A stretch of 64,000 bases of DNA. Origin: Heterodontus francisci. Lineage: Eukaryota. Under the pieces are notes generated by a model, which was given only the letters and a program-made list of their open reading frames with translations, ran no database searches and had not been told where the DNA came from. Below are positions 13,163 to 25,291 of the stretch, piece by piece; position 1 is the first letter of the stretch; each line of letters opens with the position of its first letter. The translations under genes and the position numbers were made by a program. The stretch is taken from NCBI RefSeq assembly GCF_036365525.1, contig NC_090384.1, positions 40,631,883-40,695,882 on the forward strand, read 5' to 3'.

Positions 13163-13326
13163 CAATATCACCATTAAAATTTAGTTGTTGTGCGCAGCCA
13201 TTTTGTTTCAGTGCACAGTCCCTTCAAATTTCTTTGCGTACACGCATTAATTACAGAAAAGGCCTGCGCAGTACCTTTCAGGCTGCTCCGCGGCCGTGCA
13301 CCCCGCATTACTTAGTGGGAACATTG
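13163..13326. mobile_element. Short hAT-type MITE
   Basis: Imperfect TIRs caatatcaccattaa / ttagtgggaacattg; 8-bp TSD actggaag/attggaag; related copy at 52025-52199. Confidence 0.65.
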
Positions 13327-14137
13327 ATTGGAAGTGCCTTTGATGAGGTTGCATGAATGGGTGCACACAGTGAAGGTTGTGCACATGATGGTAGGTTAGT
13401 GGTGGGATAATTGCAAGATGGTTCCCATGACAGAAACTCTAAAGAGCCAAGCACATAAGGCTGTTCATGCTACAACTAAATGTTGTATTAAAGAGGTATC
13501 TTGTCTGGCACAAATGTGCTTTACAACAAAGAATGAGTTGTCCTCCACATCATCTTCAGGCTGCTGCCTCTGCTCCTGATGGAAATGCAGGTAGGAGCAG
13601 CTCTGCCGGTATCTTCAGGTATACAGTTATCATTGGGAGGCATTATTTATCTTCAATGCAAGCCCCCCATTTGACCACTTATTTTCTTCCAAGAAACAAA
13701 GATGTTAGGGAATCCCCAATGGGAAATTCACTTTGTGCCTTGTCTGATTGGGATGGGGGGGAGGCTGGTGCTAGAGGAAGCAGCAATGCAGTCGACAGCA
13801 GAAAGACAGGTGGAAAGTAGATGACTGAAGCAAAAAGCAAGGTAGATGAGGTAATTACCATAGAGTCAATGAAATAATAATGACCAAAATGGTTTGCATT
13901 GCATTAGCACATCAGTACTGCCTCATCAACAATTCCACCTATTTTAGGGCAGACACGTCCACTAGAAATGATTCCTCGGGAAACAGTGACTAGAAGAAAT
14001 CTTTTACAAGCACATGTAAATGGTGCTACACCTACTGACCAGAGAAATTCTTTACAGAAAAAACAAAGAGGCATGAACGATATCATTCAAAGAATTATAG
14101 AACTCTTACTAACAACATTTTAATGTAAATCCAGTCT

Positions 14138-14143
14138 TTTATT
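14138..14143 (-). promoter_or_regulatory. Candidate polyadenylation signal of the VWCE-like gene
   Basis: AATAAA on the minus strand about 400 nt after the stop codon, with ATTAAA at 14119-14124, in an AT-rich repeat-free 3'UTR-like stretch. Confidence 0.6.
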
Positions 14144-14538
14144 TCATGTACAAAAACGGTAACAATTCAAATATTACATTCCATAGAAAGACTCTGATTA
14201 AAGGAATACGATTTATACAATACTGTACAGAGTAGTTCTCAATTCTAATGAGGTAATAATATGGGAGCTGTACCATCTGAATAAATAAAATTCTGTTCCA
14301 TAATCTGTTGATCAGTAGTTCACAGTTTTGGTATCTAATGTAAAATACTTCACAAAGTCAGGCCTTAAAAATTTCCACTCAGCCTCCAGTGTATGTCTTC
14401 TAGTCTCAGGCCAGCTGTAGTGTTCAAATCCATTCAGTGAGGGCTCACTAACCCTTCCCATTATCAAACCATGTGGATTTGGAGTAAAGTTAATCAAATA
14501 GTGGATATAAATGGACCACTGCAGTGCGCCATCACAAG

Positions 14539-14627
14539 CTAGGATAGGAGGAGGCCTCCCTGGCTGTAGACTGATTCCATTGGACACAGTGAAGGTGGCA
14601 AACAATTCGACTGATACATGAAGAGAC
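14539..14627 (-). CDS. VWCE: Terminal coding exon, end of TIL domain: (G)LFMYQSNCLPPSLCPMESVYSQGGLLLS*
   Basis: Acceptor ttttatag, phase 1; supplies the last two TIL cysteines; TAG at 14539-14541. Confidence 0.88.
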
Positions 14628-14769
14628 CTATAAAACAGGAGAGGAACAGTATAATTGGCATAAGCACCTCTAAATTAGGGAATGTAAAGCCAAGATCCCA
14701 GCATCCATTAACCTAAGCTGAAAAGTGTGTGATGAGGATGTTGAATTAGAACAGGATGCCTCAATTTTG

Positions 14770-15035
14770 AAGACCTCTGGTAAATCTCCTTTTAACCTTC
14801 TCTAGGCTAAGGAGAACAATCCTAGATTTTTTCCACATAACTAGAATCCCTCATCCCTGTATCATTTAGAAAATCACCTCTGCATTGATATCCTTCCTAA
14901 ATTGTGGTCCCTAGAATTGGATTCAATACTCTAGCTGAGACCTAACTAGTCATTTATAAAAGTTTAGCATAACTTCCTTGTTTTTGTACCCTATGCCTCT
15001 ATTTATAAAGCCAAGGTTTCCATATATATTTTTAA
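14770..15035 (-). mobile_element. Old CR1 fragment
   Basis: Decayed reverse match to the GIEYK / LVRPxLEY / RRLRGD region. Confidence 0.6.
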
Positions 15036-15598
15036 AACAGCTATAAGTAATGGTGATCTGGTAGCTTGGAACTATCTTGGAAATAGTGCAATCAGTCATA
15101 TAATGGTAACTATCAGGCCTGAAGGGGAGAACAGGGAATCACAAACAACAGTTAACTCTGAAAGGATCAAGAGGTGTTCCAACTAAAAGCAGATTTTGGT
15201 GCGACAGTATTGGAGGATAAGAATGTACCAGAATCAAAAAATGAATATTTAGTCAGAAGGATTGGTCAAAGCCAGAGATACAGAAAAGATTAGACATTAC
15301 TGAAGGGAAGAAATTTATTTCTGTCCATACAGGACAGCGGTAATGAATAAACTAATGGATTAAAGCTAGATAAATATACAAGTCCTAGATGGTGTCCAGC
15401 TGAGAATATTACAATAGGTGAGGACATTGGTGATGCATTAGTTATGATTTTCCAAAGCGCTTAAGATTTAGGGATGGTACTAGATGATTTATATGCATGA
15501 TTTTCAAAAGGCATTTGACAAGGTACCACATAGGAGGCTTTTTACAAAAATTAGGCATGTGGTATCAAACGAAATGTAGCTGCAGAGATAGAGAAGTA

Positions 15599-16410
15599 TG
15601 TTACGACCAGGTGCGAAAGGTGTCTGGGGGCTGTTACTATCTTCACCTGGTCTTATTGTAACAGGGTTTTATTTTTCAACACACTGTGTTTTGAGCTCCC
15701 CTTTTGGGAATTCTTGTTCACAGCTTTCCAATTAGAAGGCAAAGAAACCAACACACCAGGTTTTCTCAGGTTTAAAGGAGAAAAGTGAAATTTTATTAAA
15801 ACTTAAACTCTAATACGGTTAACACCTACGGATATATGATGTGCCCACGCTAGCATGCACACGCGATACACACATGCAAATAGGGACTGAAAAGAGCAGA
15901 AGAAAATATAAGTAGAACAGTTTGAGGCAATGTCTTGTTACTGTTTCTCGAGCTCGCTGTAGTCCTTGATTGAAGATATGGTCTTGCGTTTCGTTGTGTC
16001 CCAGTATTCTTTGTAAACCTTGTTTACGTAGGAGATTTTTCTCTCTAAGTTTACGTGTCTTCACAAGATTCAGTTCCATGGGAAAGAGATGGAGTAGGCA
16101 GACAGGAGAGGAGGTAATACTCGCTTCAGTTCCAGGAGAGAGCCTCATTCCATGAATACGGCTTTGTCTCAGTTCAAATCCTGTTTTCTCCAATTTAAAA
16201 CTCTCAATTCAAACCTCTGCAACAGTCAATTAGTCATGTGACTAAAACTGGTCTGACCACTTCTATGTATCGGGAAAGCAACTACGGGTCGCCATTGTCT
16301 GGTACTATGCAAATGTCTTTCCAGTCAGGGGCTTGCAATTTTAAGTTTTAATGTTCATGTGGCAAAATCATGTGTACCTCAGTCTTGGCAAGTGGGGGGT
16401 TTGCCTGAGA
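15599..16410 (-). mobile_element. Solo LTR, family A, inserted in an old CR1 (about 15250-15598)
   Basis: tgttacgaccagg...gcctgaga, colinear with 171-954; flanks agta/agca are a possible 4-bp TSD. Confidence 0.75.
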
Positions 16411-18246
16411 AGCAGCCAAGGGATAGAAAATAAAGAGCTGAGTACCATTTTGTTTATTGGATGGGCAGGATTGTGTCCCAAGGATCCATTTTTATAATGG
16501 ATGGAAAAGTCCGAGATATTGGGATAGTAAAATAGGCTAACTGGCCTGGTTTGTTCGGTGTTTATGACCATTTTAAAACATTTGAACATCCAAGCTTCAG
16601 AACAATTCCTGGGGAAACCTTAAGGATGGCATTACTGTTCAGCAGTTGCCTACTTCCAGAAAGATTATTAGGTACAAGATACCTATAATAATTGATATAT
16701 TGAAGACCTTAAAATTTTTTTTTATAGAAGTAAAAGATGGCCTAAGGGATAAACTATATTCCTTTGATGTTCTGACATAAAAGGAGACAGCATAACTGCT
16801 AGTCTTAAGGAACCATTTTACAAACTGAAAGAAACTTGTGCAGCAAGAAAAGGCAAGAAGCTTCAGCTAAGTCCAGAGAGATGTAGCAGTATTGGCACCC
16901 CTTCATTCAGTAACACTTAGGAAGAAAAAGAAAAGAAGCTTGAGGAACCAAGAACAAATGTTGATCATTGATAATTTGCTGAAGACATAATCCAGATATC
17001 AAACCAGCCATTGCAGAGACTGACTGAATCAGATAGATGTAGAAGAGAATTTAAGTTCTGCCCAATCATTTCTAGAGCAAATGGGTCATAAGCCTTTTCA
17101 ACAATATCAGACTGAAATAGAATGCATACAATTTTGATTACAAAAAAAAGGAAACAACTTTTGGCATTTATATATCGCCTTTCACAACCACAAGATGTTT
17201 CAAAACACTTCACAACCAAGGATGACTGACTACAGTTTAGATTCACACACAGACTACAAAAGACTAGCTGGCAAATTTTCCACTAAATTTCAGGAAATCC
17301 AACTTAAATATGTAATTGTGAGCAGTTGTCAGGTTCCCTATTTCTGTATCCTCCTTCAACCTAACAGCCCTTCCACCAATTCTCTGTCCCTCTGACTCCA
17401 GCCTCTTGTGAAACCCCTCCCTTCACCCCACCATTAGTGGCCATGCTTTCAACCGCCTCATCCCACGTTCTGTAATTCCCTCCCTCAACCTCTTCGCTTC
17501 CCACTCCTCTAAAACCTTCCTTAAAACTCACCTCTTTGACTAAGCTTTTGACCACCCCTCCTAATATCTCCTTCAGCTCAGCATCCATTTTTTATCCTGT
17601 AAGTTTCTGAAACACCTAAGAATATTTTTCCATGTTAAGGATGCTATATAAATGTAAATATTTGTTCTTGCCAGACATCTGAACCAGTTAGGAAAATTTG
17701 TAGTGATTTGTACTATAAGAAAGTAATATACCTTTAAATATTCAAATTTCTTTCCTCTAATTTGTGTACACCCAATCACAGGTGCTAAATGCCTAAACCC
17801 AGAAATATGGGCAGGTTCAGGCATTTTCAGAGAGAGCACACTTCGGGAGCGTTTCCTGTGGCTTGTACTTGAGAGAGGGGATATAAAAACAGCTTCCTAT
17901 GTGCTCTAAAAGCTGCCATGAACTGAAATTTATTTCGATATATTAAGCTGAATCCAGCTGCAGCTTTAGGACTCTGGGGGGGAACCTAGCTACTGTTACA
18001 ATTTTTAACCTGAGTTACTTAAGTTGTTGTGAGAAATATTTCAATAACCAGCTGCATAGCAGTTGAAAAATATTGTTGGAGGAACAACTCAGTGTTGCCA
18101 TTCATTTCTTGATCTCTAGTAAGCCAAGAGTTAAACTTTTTAATCCAAATGCTTTTCAACCAACATTGTACTCAGATTAGTTTCTTAATTGATAATATTC
18201 AGATTGGTCTAATTTAGGACAAGTGGAAGCAAACCAAATATAGTTT

Positions 18247-19600
18247 CATATCCCAAACTCTGCTGCCCATGTCTTAACTCGCACCAAGTCATGTTCCCCT
18301 ATCACCCCTGTGCTAACTGACTTACATTCGCTGCCGGTCATAGAGTCATAGAATTTTACAGCACAGAAACAGGCCCTTCGGCCCAACGCACCTGCGCCAA
18401 CCATCAAGCACTCGTCTAAACTAATCCCATTTTCCTGCACTTGGCCAGTAGCCCTGTATGCTATGGCATTTCAAGTGCTCATCTAAATACTTCTTAAATG
18501 TTGTGAATGTTCCTGCCCCTACCACCCCTTCAGGCAGTGTGTTCCAGATTCCAACCACCCTCCAGGTGAAAAAATTCCTCCTCAACTTCCTCCCTGTGCG
18601 GAGTTTGCAAGTTCTCCCTGTGACCGCGTGGGTTTTCGCCGGGTGCTCTGGTTTCCTCCCACCGCCAAAGACTTGCAGGTGATAGGTAAATTGGCTGTTG
18701 TAAATTGCCCCCAGTGTAGGTAGGTGGTAGGGAATATGGGATTACTGTAGAGTTAGTATAAATGGGTGGTTGTTGGTTGGCACAGACTCGGTGGGCCGAA
18801 GGGCCTGTTTCAGTGCTGTATCTCCAAATAAATAAACAAACCTCCTGCCCTTACCTTAAATCAATGCCCCCTGGTTATTAACTCCTCCGCTAAGGGAAAG
18901 AGTTTCTTCCTATCTATCCTATCAATGCCCCTCATAATTTTGAATACCTCAATCAGGTTCCCCCTCAGCCTTCTCTGCTCCAAGGAAAACAAACCCAGCC
19001 TATCTAGTCTCTCTTCATAACTGAAATGCTCCAGCCCAGGCAACATCCTGGTGAATCTCCTCTGCACCCTCTCCATTGCAATCACATCCTTCCTATAGTT
19101 TGGTGACCAGAACTGTACACTGTACTCCAACTGTGGCCTAACCAGCATTTTATACAGCTCCATCATAACCTCCCTGCTCTTATATTCTATGCCTTGGCTA
19201 AACAATGTCTTGATTTTAAAATTTTCATCCTGGTTTTCAAATCCCTCCATGGCCTTGGCCCTCTCTATCTCTGTAATCACCTGCAGTCCCACAGCCTCCA
19301 AGGTATCTGCTCTTCTCTAATTCTGGCCTCTTGAGCATCCTCAATTTTAATTGCTTCACCATTAGTGGCTGCACCTTCAGTTGCCTAGACCCTAGGATCT
19401 GGAATACCCTCCCTCCACCTCCCTCCCTCACTTTCCTCCTCCAAGATGCTCCTTAAAACCTGTATCTTTGACCAAGCTTTTGGTTATCTGACCTGATATC
19501 TTATGTGGCTCAGTGTCTTATTTTGTTTTATAATGCTCCTGTGAAGAGCCTTGGGACGTTTTATTACATTAAAGGCACTGTATAAATACAAGTTATTGTT
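18247..19600 (+). mobile_element. L2 3' fragment containing a minus-strand CR1 3' fragment (18339-19200), which contains a V-SINE
   Basis: L2 sequence (cctatcacccctgtgct ... gattttaaaattttcatcc) is continuous across the insert; the CR1 reads GIEYKSREVMMELYKMLVRPQLEY. Confidence 0.8.
18594..18838 (+). mobile_element. 5'-truncated V-SINE
   Basis: V-domain and tail as in the other copies. Confidence 0.88.
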
Positions 19601-20453
19601 ATATATTGAAGCATTGAATGCAAAAGGTGAATTATTATGTTTCCTACATTGATTGTGGGCCTTATAATATTACATTTTTCCAATTGATGTTGGGGTCCAA
19701 ACTTTTACATTTTACCAGGGCTCAAATCACTGCAAATTTTCCAAACTGGTTCAGATATCTGGCAATAACAAATGCTTGCATTTATCTAGCACCTTTAATG
19801 TAGCAAAACATCTCGACTTACGGGAAAAATGGATGCTGTGTCAATGGAGATATTAGGAGGGGTGACCAAAACAAGACATACATTATTGCTGTCGGAGAAT
19901 CAACGTGGCTTTGTGAAGCATATGTCTTCTCAAACTAAATTAACACAGTTCTTTATTATATGAGTGCTGGGATAAATTGCTTAGTTACTATAATTTGCCA
20001 CCAGCACTGACAATTCACACTCAATTAGTACAGGCTATCAGTCAGTGGAGTGGCAGCGGGTGCAGAATACTTGGTTGGCACAGCCCCTAACCTGTCACAA
20101 TTAATGGGGACATGGTTGGTATAGACTGCAACAGAACAGTGATTGGAGGCTGTTGGTATCAACTGCTATACAACACAGTGAATCTGGACTGTTGGTATAC
20201 ACTGCCACACACCACAATGCATGGGTACTTGATTAAAAATAGAACCCTGATTCAGTTAGAGCAGAGGAACAGAGCCTGAGTGCCAGGGTTGGATGTGGAT
20301 TGAAGACAATGAAAGAGAACCAATGGCACATTGAGGCTGAGAGACCGAGTGGATTCTTGTTGCTTTCAACTGTCTTTCTCTTACTCTGATTCTGTGTGTT
20401 GGGTGATGATACATGGGAACTGATCTGAAACTGTGTATTTTTTCTTTGGTTAC

Positions 20454-20579
20454 CTTCAGGGCACTGGCAGCCAGGAACGCAGGAGGCAGTGGAGCACTGG
20501 GTGTTTGACTGCAGATAGGTAGAGCAAGTCTGAGGGCAGCTGCATTCTTTATAACTTGACCCACCATTGCAAATTACAC
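20454..20579 (-). CDS. VWCE: Exon, TIL domain: (G)VICNGGSSYKECSCPQTCSTYLQSNTQCSTASCVPGCQCPE
   Basis: 126 nt, phase 1-1, tttctcag acceptor, gtaacc donor; TIL cysteine spacing. Confidence 0.92.
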
Positions 20580-22029
20580 CTGAGAAAGAGAACACAGAAT
20601 TGAAAGCACTGTTTATCCTGGAATTCTGAGAAAGAATACCCTGGGTAAAATCTATCCCAGATACAGACCTAGTGAGATTTTATGTAACTGATTTTGCTAA
20701 TAGCACATAATTGTTGTAAATGATCCTGAAACTGGTGCTCCTCTGGCTCACTGGGTAATGCATTGCTCATGCTGGTCCTGAGCTATACAGACCTAAAGGT
20801 CCTGGGATTCTGGTCTGTGCTTAGTTAGTATTGCAATTCGCCTCAGTGCATCAGGGCTCAGGAGTGAGAAGTAAAACAAAAAACAGAGCCCTGTTTCTGA
20901 ACATTAAACAGCACCTACACTGGAAAACATGCATTTGTAAACATTGGAAGAGGACAAGATCTGGAACAAGCTTAGTTGTGATTATGCCATCTCATGGAAA
21001 AGATCCTATCGACGCTCACCATCTGCAGCGAAGAATGGCCACTTGGTTACTGGAGTATGAAACATCTCAGCAAGTTTCAACAACTTCAGGAACAGGAGAA
21101 GGCCATTCAGCCCATCTGCCATTTCATTGGATCATGGGAGATCAGTATCTTAACTCCATCTACCTGTTTTGGTAAGGGGGAGAACAAGAGAGGAGAAAAA
21201 AGGGGGATGTGTGGGAGAAGCAGAGTCGAAGCACAGTGAGGAGCAGACGATGGCAAGGCTTTTAGGGTTGCTGCTTAGCCCCTCATCTTGGTTGTTCATT
21301 GTTGCCAGGGCATCATAACTTATACTGGGGATGTTATGCTGGTGCAGGGCGTAACAGACCTGTGCCTGTAATTTCCAATGCAATGAAGTTCTGATCTCAC
21401 ATGTGTTGCTGGAAGGGAGTTACTGAGTAGAGCTCAGAGAAAATCAGAGGGATTATGACACCAGCCAACACCCACACACCTGCTACATTGGAATAATGTG
21501 GCTCCAGCTTCTCCCAAAGACCTGCTACCCAGCCTTAGAATGGCACCACCTATTAGTTGCAAGAGATCGCCCAAGTTCTTAGATAGGAAGAACTAAAAAA
21601 AAAGCAGAGAGTTAGATGAAAAAGATAAAACATTCCAACTGGAAGACTGATCCACTACTTCAAATCTTTGAGGTAAGGCAGACAATTCAGTCCCCAGGTG
21701 GTCTGTAATTGGAACTGCCCATTGGTGGTCATGCCTTCAGTTGCTTCAGCCTAAACCTCCCCACCTCTCTCTCTCTCCTCCTCGAAGGCACCTTAAAACC
21801 GATCACTTTGACCAAGCTTTTGGTCACCTATCTTAATATCTCCTTATGTGGCTTGGTGACAAATTTTCTTTGGTAATGCTCCCGTGAAGCACCATGAATG
21901 TTTTACAATGTTAAATACACAATATAAATGCAAATTGTTGTTGATATGGAATTAACTTGTCACTTTCACAAATTAGCTCCAACTGACCAATCACAGGCAA
22001 GCTCACTATGATGCCCAGCAAACACTCAC

Positions 22030-22210
22030 CGCATAGTGTTTCATTTCTCCAGTTTAAGATGATTCCATTTCTCAGGGAACGCAAAGCATAGGCTGACAGT
22101 ATGCTGCACAGGCACCGTGACTGTTCCACATACGTGCACAGGTCAGTCAGGCAGGCCTGGTAATAAGGCTGAGGGTCGACGCTCTCATGTGCTGCCTGAA
22201 ATAAGGGACC
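22030..22210 (-). CDS. VWCE: Exon, C8 domain: GPLFQAAHESVDPQPYYQACLTDLCTYVEQSRCLCSILSAYALRSLRNGIILNWRNETLC
   Basis: 181 nt, phase 0-1, ttcccag acceptor, gtgagt donor; VDPxPY..C..DLC and WR...LC motifs. Confidence 0.93.
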
Positions 22211-22699
22211 CTGGGAAGAACAGGACAGAGTAGACAATCACCAATGGAGTTCTTCAAACAGCACCACTAATATAACCAAAAACATTGTCGCAGGTAAGGG
22301 TGGGTTAGCAGTAGTGATTTTTAATTTCAATTCTAGCTAATTATTTTTTGAGTGAAATTTATCGATTGGAACATTCCACCTCTCACATCATGTCCCAACA
22401 TAAGCCTCACACTGGGCAAAAACAGATAAATGAGAGTAAAGTTCCCTCTACATTGTCCAGTCAAACATGGCAGGAACATTATGGAGTAGATTTTAACCTA
22501 GAGCGGATCTCCGGTGGAGCAACTGTGAAACATACATGCGGACCCAAGTCTCAAGCTTGAGGTATTTTGACTCCCGGGTTCTCGTTTAAATGCAACCAGT
22601 TCACTTGCTGCCTGGAACGGGCATGAAGAGGGTACAGAGTGGCTTTTGGTAGGTAAAGTTCAGACGGCCCTTGGTTGCCCACCAGCTTCCAGGTAAGAA

Positions 22700-23335
22700 T
22701 GAGGATCATCTTCAAATCCTCACTAGATACAGGTGAGGTACCAGACGATTGGAGGTCTGCGAACGTTATACCATTGTTTAAAAAGGGTGCAAAGGATAGG
22801 CCAAATAATTATAGGCCGGTAGTCTGACCTCGGTGGTGGGTAACTTATTAGAATAAATTCTGAGGGACAGGATAAACAGCCACTTAGAAAGGCACAGATT
22901 AATCAGGGATAGTCAAGATGGATTTGTTAGGGAAGGTCATGTCTTACCAACTTAATTGAGTTTTTTGAGGAAGTAACCAGGAGGATTGATGAGGGTAGTA
23001 CAGTGAATGTGGTCTACATGGATTTTAGTAAGGCATTTGACAAGGTCCCGCATGGCAGACTAGTCAGTAAAATGAAAGCCCATGGGATACAGGGGAAGGT
23101 GGCAGGTTGGATCCAAAATTGGCACAGGGGACAGGACAGTAGTCGACGGATGTTTTTGTGAATGGAAAGCAGTTTCCAGTGGCATTCCACAGGGCTCAGT
23201 TGTTGGGTCCCTTGCTGTGTGTGTTATATATTAATGATTTGGACTTAAATGTGGGAGGCATGATTGGGAAATTTGCTGATGACACAAAAATTGGCCGTGT
23301 AGTTGATAGTGAAGAAGATAGCCGTAGACTCCAGA
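22700..23335 (+). mobile_element. CR1 RT fragment
   Basis: NYRP, MDFSKAFDKVPH, YINDLD, KFADDTK across frameshifts. Confidence 0.85.
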
Positions 23336-25125
23336 AATGTTTGGAGTTATATGGAGGTTCTGCTCCCCCTTTCCACCAGCTGCCAACCTGCTTCATGCTT
23401 GGTGGGAAAGTTGCAATGGTACTCCTGCTCACATCCCAGTTTATATGTCATTGGGGTCTTATTGACCTAATAGGACCCTGATTTGCATAAATTCCAGAGG
23501 CTCCTGCCTGCTTTTACCAGGCTCCTCATCCAACTGCAGAAATCCACAGTTTAAAATTGGAGGCAGCAGGAAAAGCCAAGATCCGAGCAGGTTTTTAATC
23601 TGTCCAGCTGTCCCGTTTCTGACGGGCTGGTAGGGATAAAATCAATTCCCATCTTTTGAGATGCAGAGTAAATTTCCCCTCCCAGTCAGGTAGCAGATGC
23701 AGAATAGAAAAGATATGAAAATAGAAAATGGAGCAAGGAATGGCAGCAGTAACAAAGGTGGTTACCCTGGTGGGAGAAAGGAGGAATGTAGAAACAAGGG
23801 AATAAGAAAGACACATTAGAGTATTTTATAGATCGGACTGTGATGATTAGCAGAGGAATGTGTGTATATGCAGATTGGGGAGATATGCAAGAAGAAGGAT
23901 TCAGTGATTGGGTGTTCCCAGCGAGGAACACAGTTGGCAGGGATCTAGGTCAGATAATCACAGGCCAGCAGCTCATAATTTCCCATCTATTCATTTTAAT
24001 GAGCATTCCTCTCTGGGACTGCCCAATTTAAAGAATTAGGGTTTATAATTTTCATATAGATTGGGAGAGAAATAGTTGCACAAATTCAAAATAAGAGAAT
24101 ATATTGATTGAATAGTTCCAGAAGATTTCTCAAAGCATCATGCCTTACAGCAAATGAGGACAAAGAGAGAGCATGAAAAAAATCTTACAAATAGTATCAA
24201 AGGTTATATAGGCATATCAAGAAAAAAAAGTGATAAAGGAGGAGAAGGGCCAACTAGAAACAGATTTAGGATATGAGCATAGCAGAATTACGAAGTGAAT
24301 ATTTTGCTTCAGTCTTCATAGATACAATTCCAGAGAAGGAAGATACAATACCACAGGTACAGGGAAGACTAGGGTACAAATGTAAAAACAGAAAAATTGT
24401 AAATAATGAACTAATAGTATTGAAGCCAGAGAAATATACAAACCTAGACAATTTCTACCTGAGGTTGGCAAGGTCTGTGCTGCCAGTAGGATTGTCAACT
24501 CTGGTTGGACAGTATTCTGGGATGTTTCATCACATGACTTCCTGTGCCTAACTACAACATTGTCCTACTATTGGTCACCTAATACACCAGTCATTAATGG
24601 CAGCTACATTACCCACAATCTTCTACACCCCACAAACTACGATATCTATTGTGCTGTTTTACCTGGGCTGCCAGCTAGGGTTGGATGTATTGCGGGAGCT
24701 TTCAACCCATGATTTTCTGGCTCCAACTGCCCTGATCCCACGCCTCTGCCATTAGTTACCTGACAAGTTCATCCTTGTGGCACACCGCCTTCCCACACCA
24801 ATTGGGAAGCGAACAGACTCAGCATAACCTGATTGACAGTCATAGATCGTCCAAACAGCCATTATGCCCAAAACTCCAATTATTTTTTATATGTTACTAT
24901 GGTTTTCCTCCTGGGTTGCTTGGAGCAGTGACCAGGAGATAAATATTGAATTCTGGAGTCTCTGGGACAATCCAGGAGTGTTGGCAACTTTAGCTGTTAG
25001 CATGGAATAAGCTGAAGAGGAATAAGAAATCAGGCAAGGATTCCTTTCCACATTGGGCTGACGAAGCTCTTAAAGCAAGCTGCCTGGTGTTAAATCACAA
25101 AAATAATTAATTCAATAAAGGTTAC

Positions 25126-25291
25126 CATGATAATGCTGCAAGTGCTGTTTGCTGATTGGTGGTCAGGAAGAGTTGTTCCATTGCATGGGTCCTCAATGTC
25201 TTCAGCACTACACAGACTGCCCTTATTCAGCATGACAAGCCAGCTGTTTCCAAACCCAATGGGAGACAAAGCCACTTCTCCACTGGGCAAC
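25126..25291 (-). CDS. VWCE: Exon, VWD end / C8 start: LPSGEVALSPIGFGNSWLVMLNKGSLCSAEDIEDPCNGTTLPDHQSANSTCSIIM
   Basis: 166 nt, phase 2-0, ctctgacag acceptor, gtaacc donor; FGNSW motif. Confidence 0.93.

Noticed and set aside
171-16410. One full-length LTR retrotransposon bounded by the two family A LTRs
   Set aside because: No gag/pol between them, a host exon lies inside, and each has different flanks.
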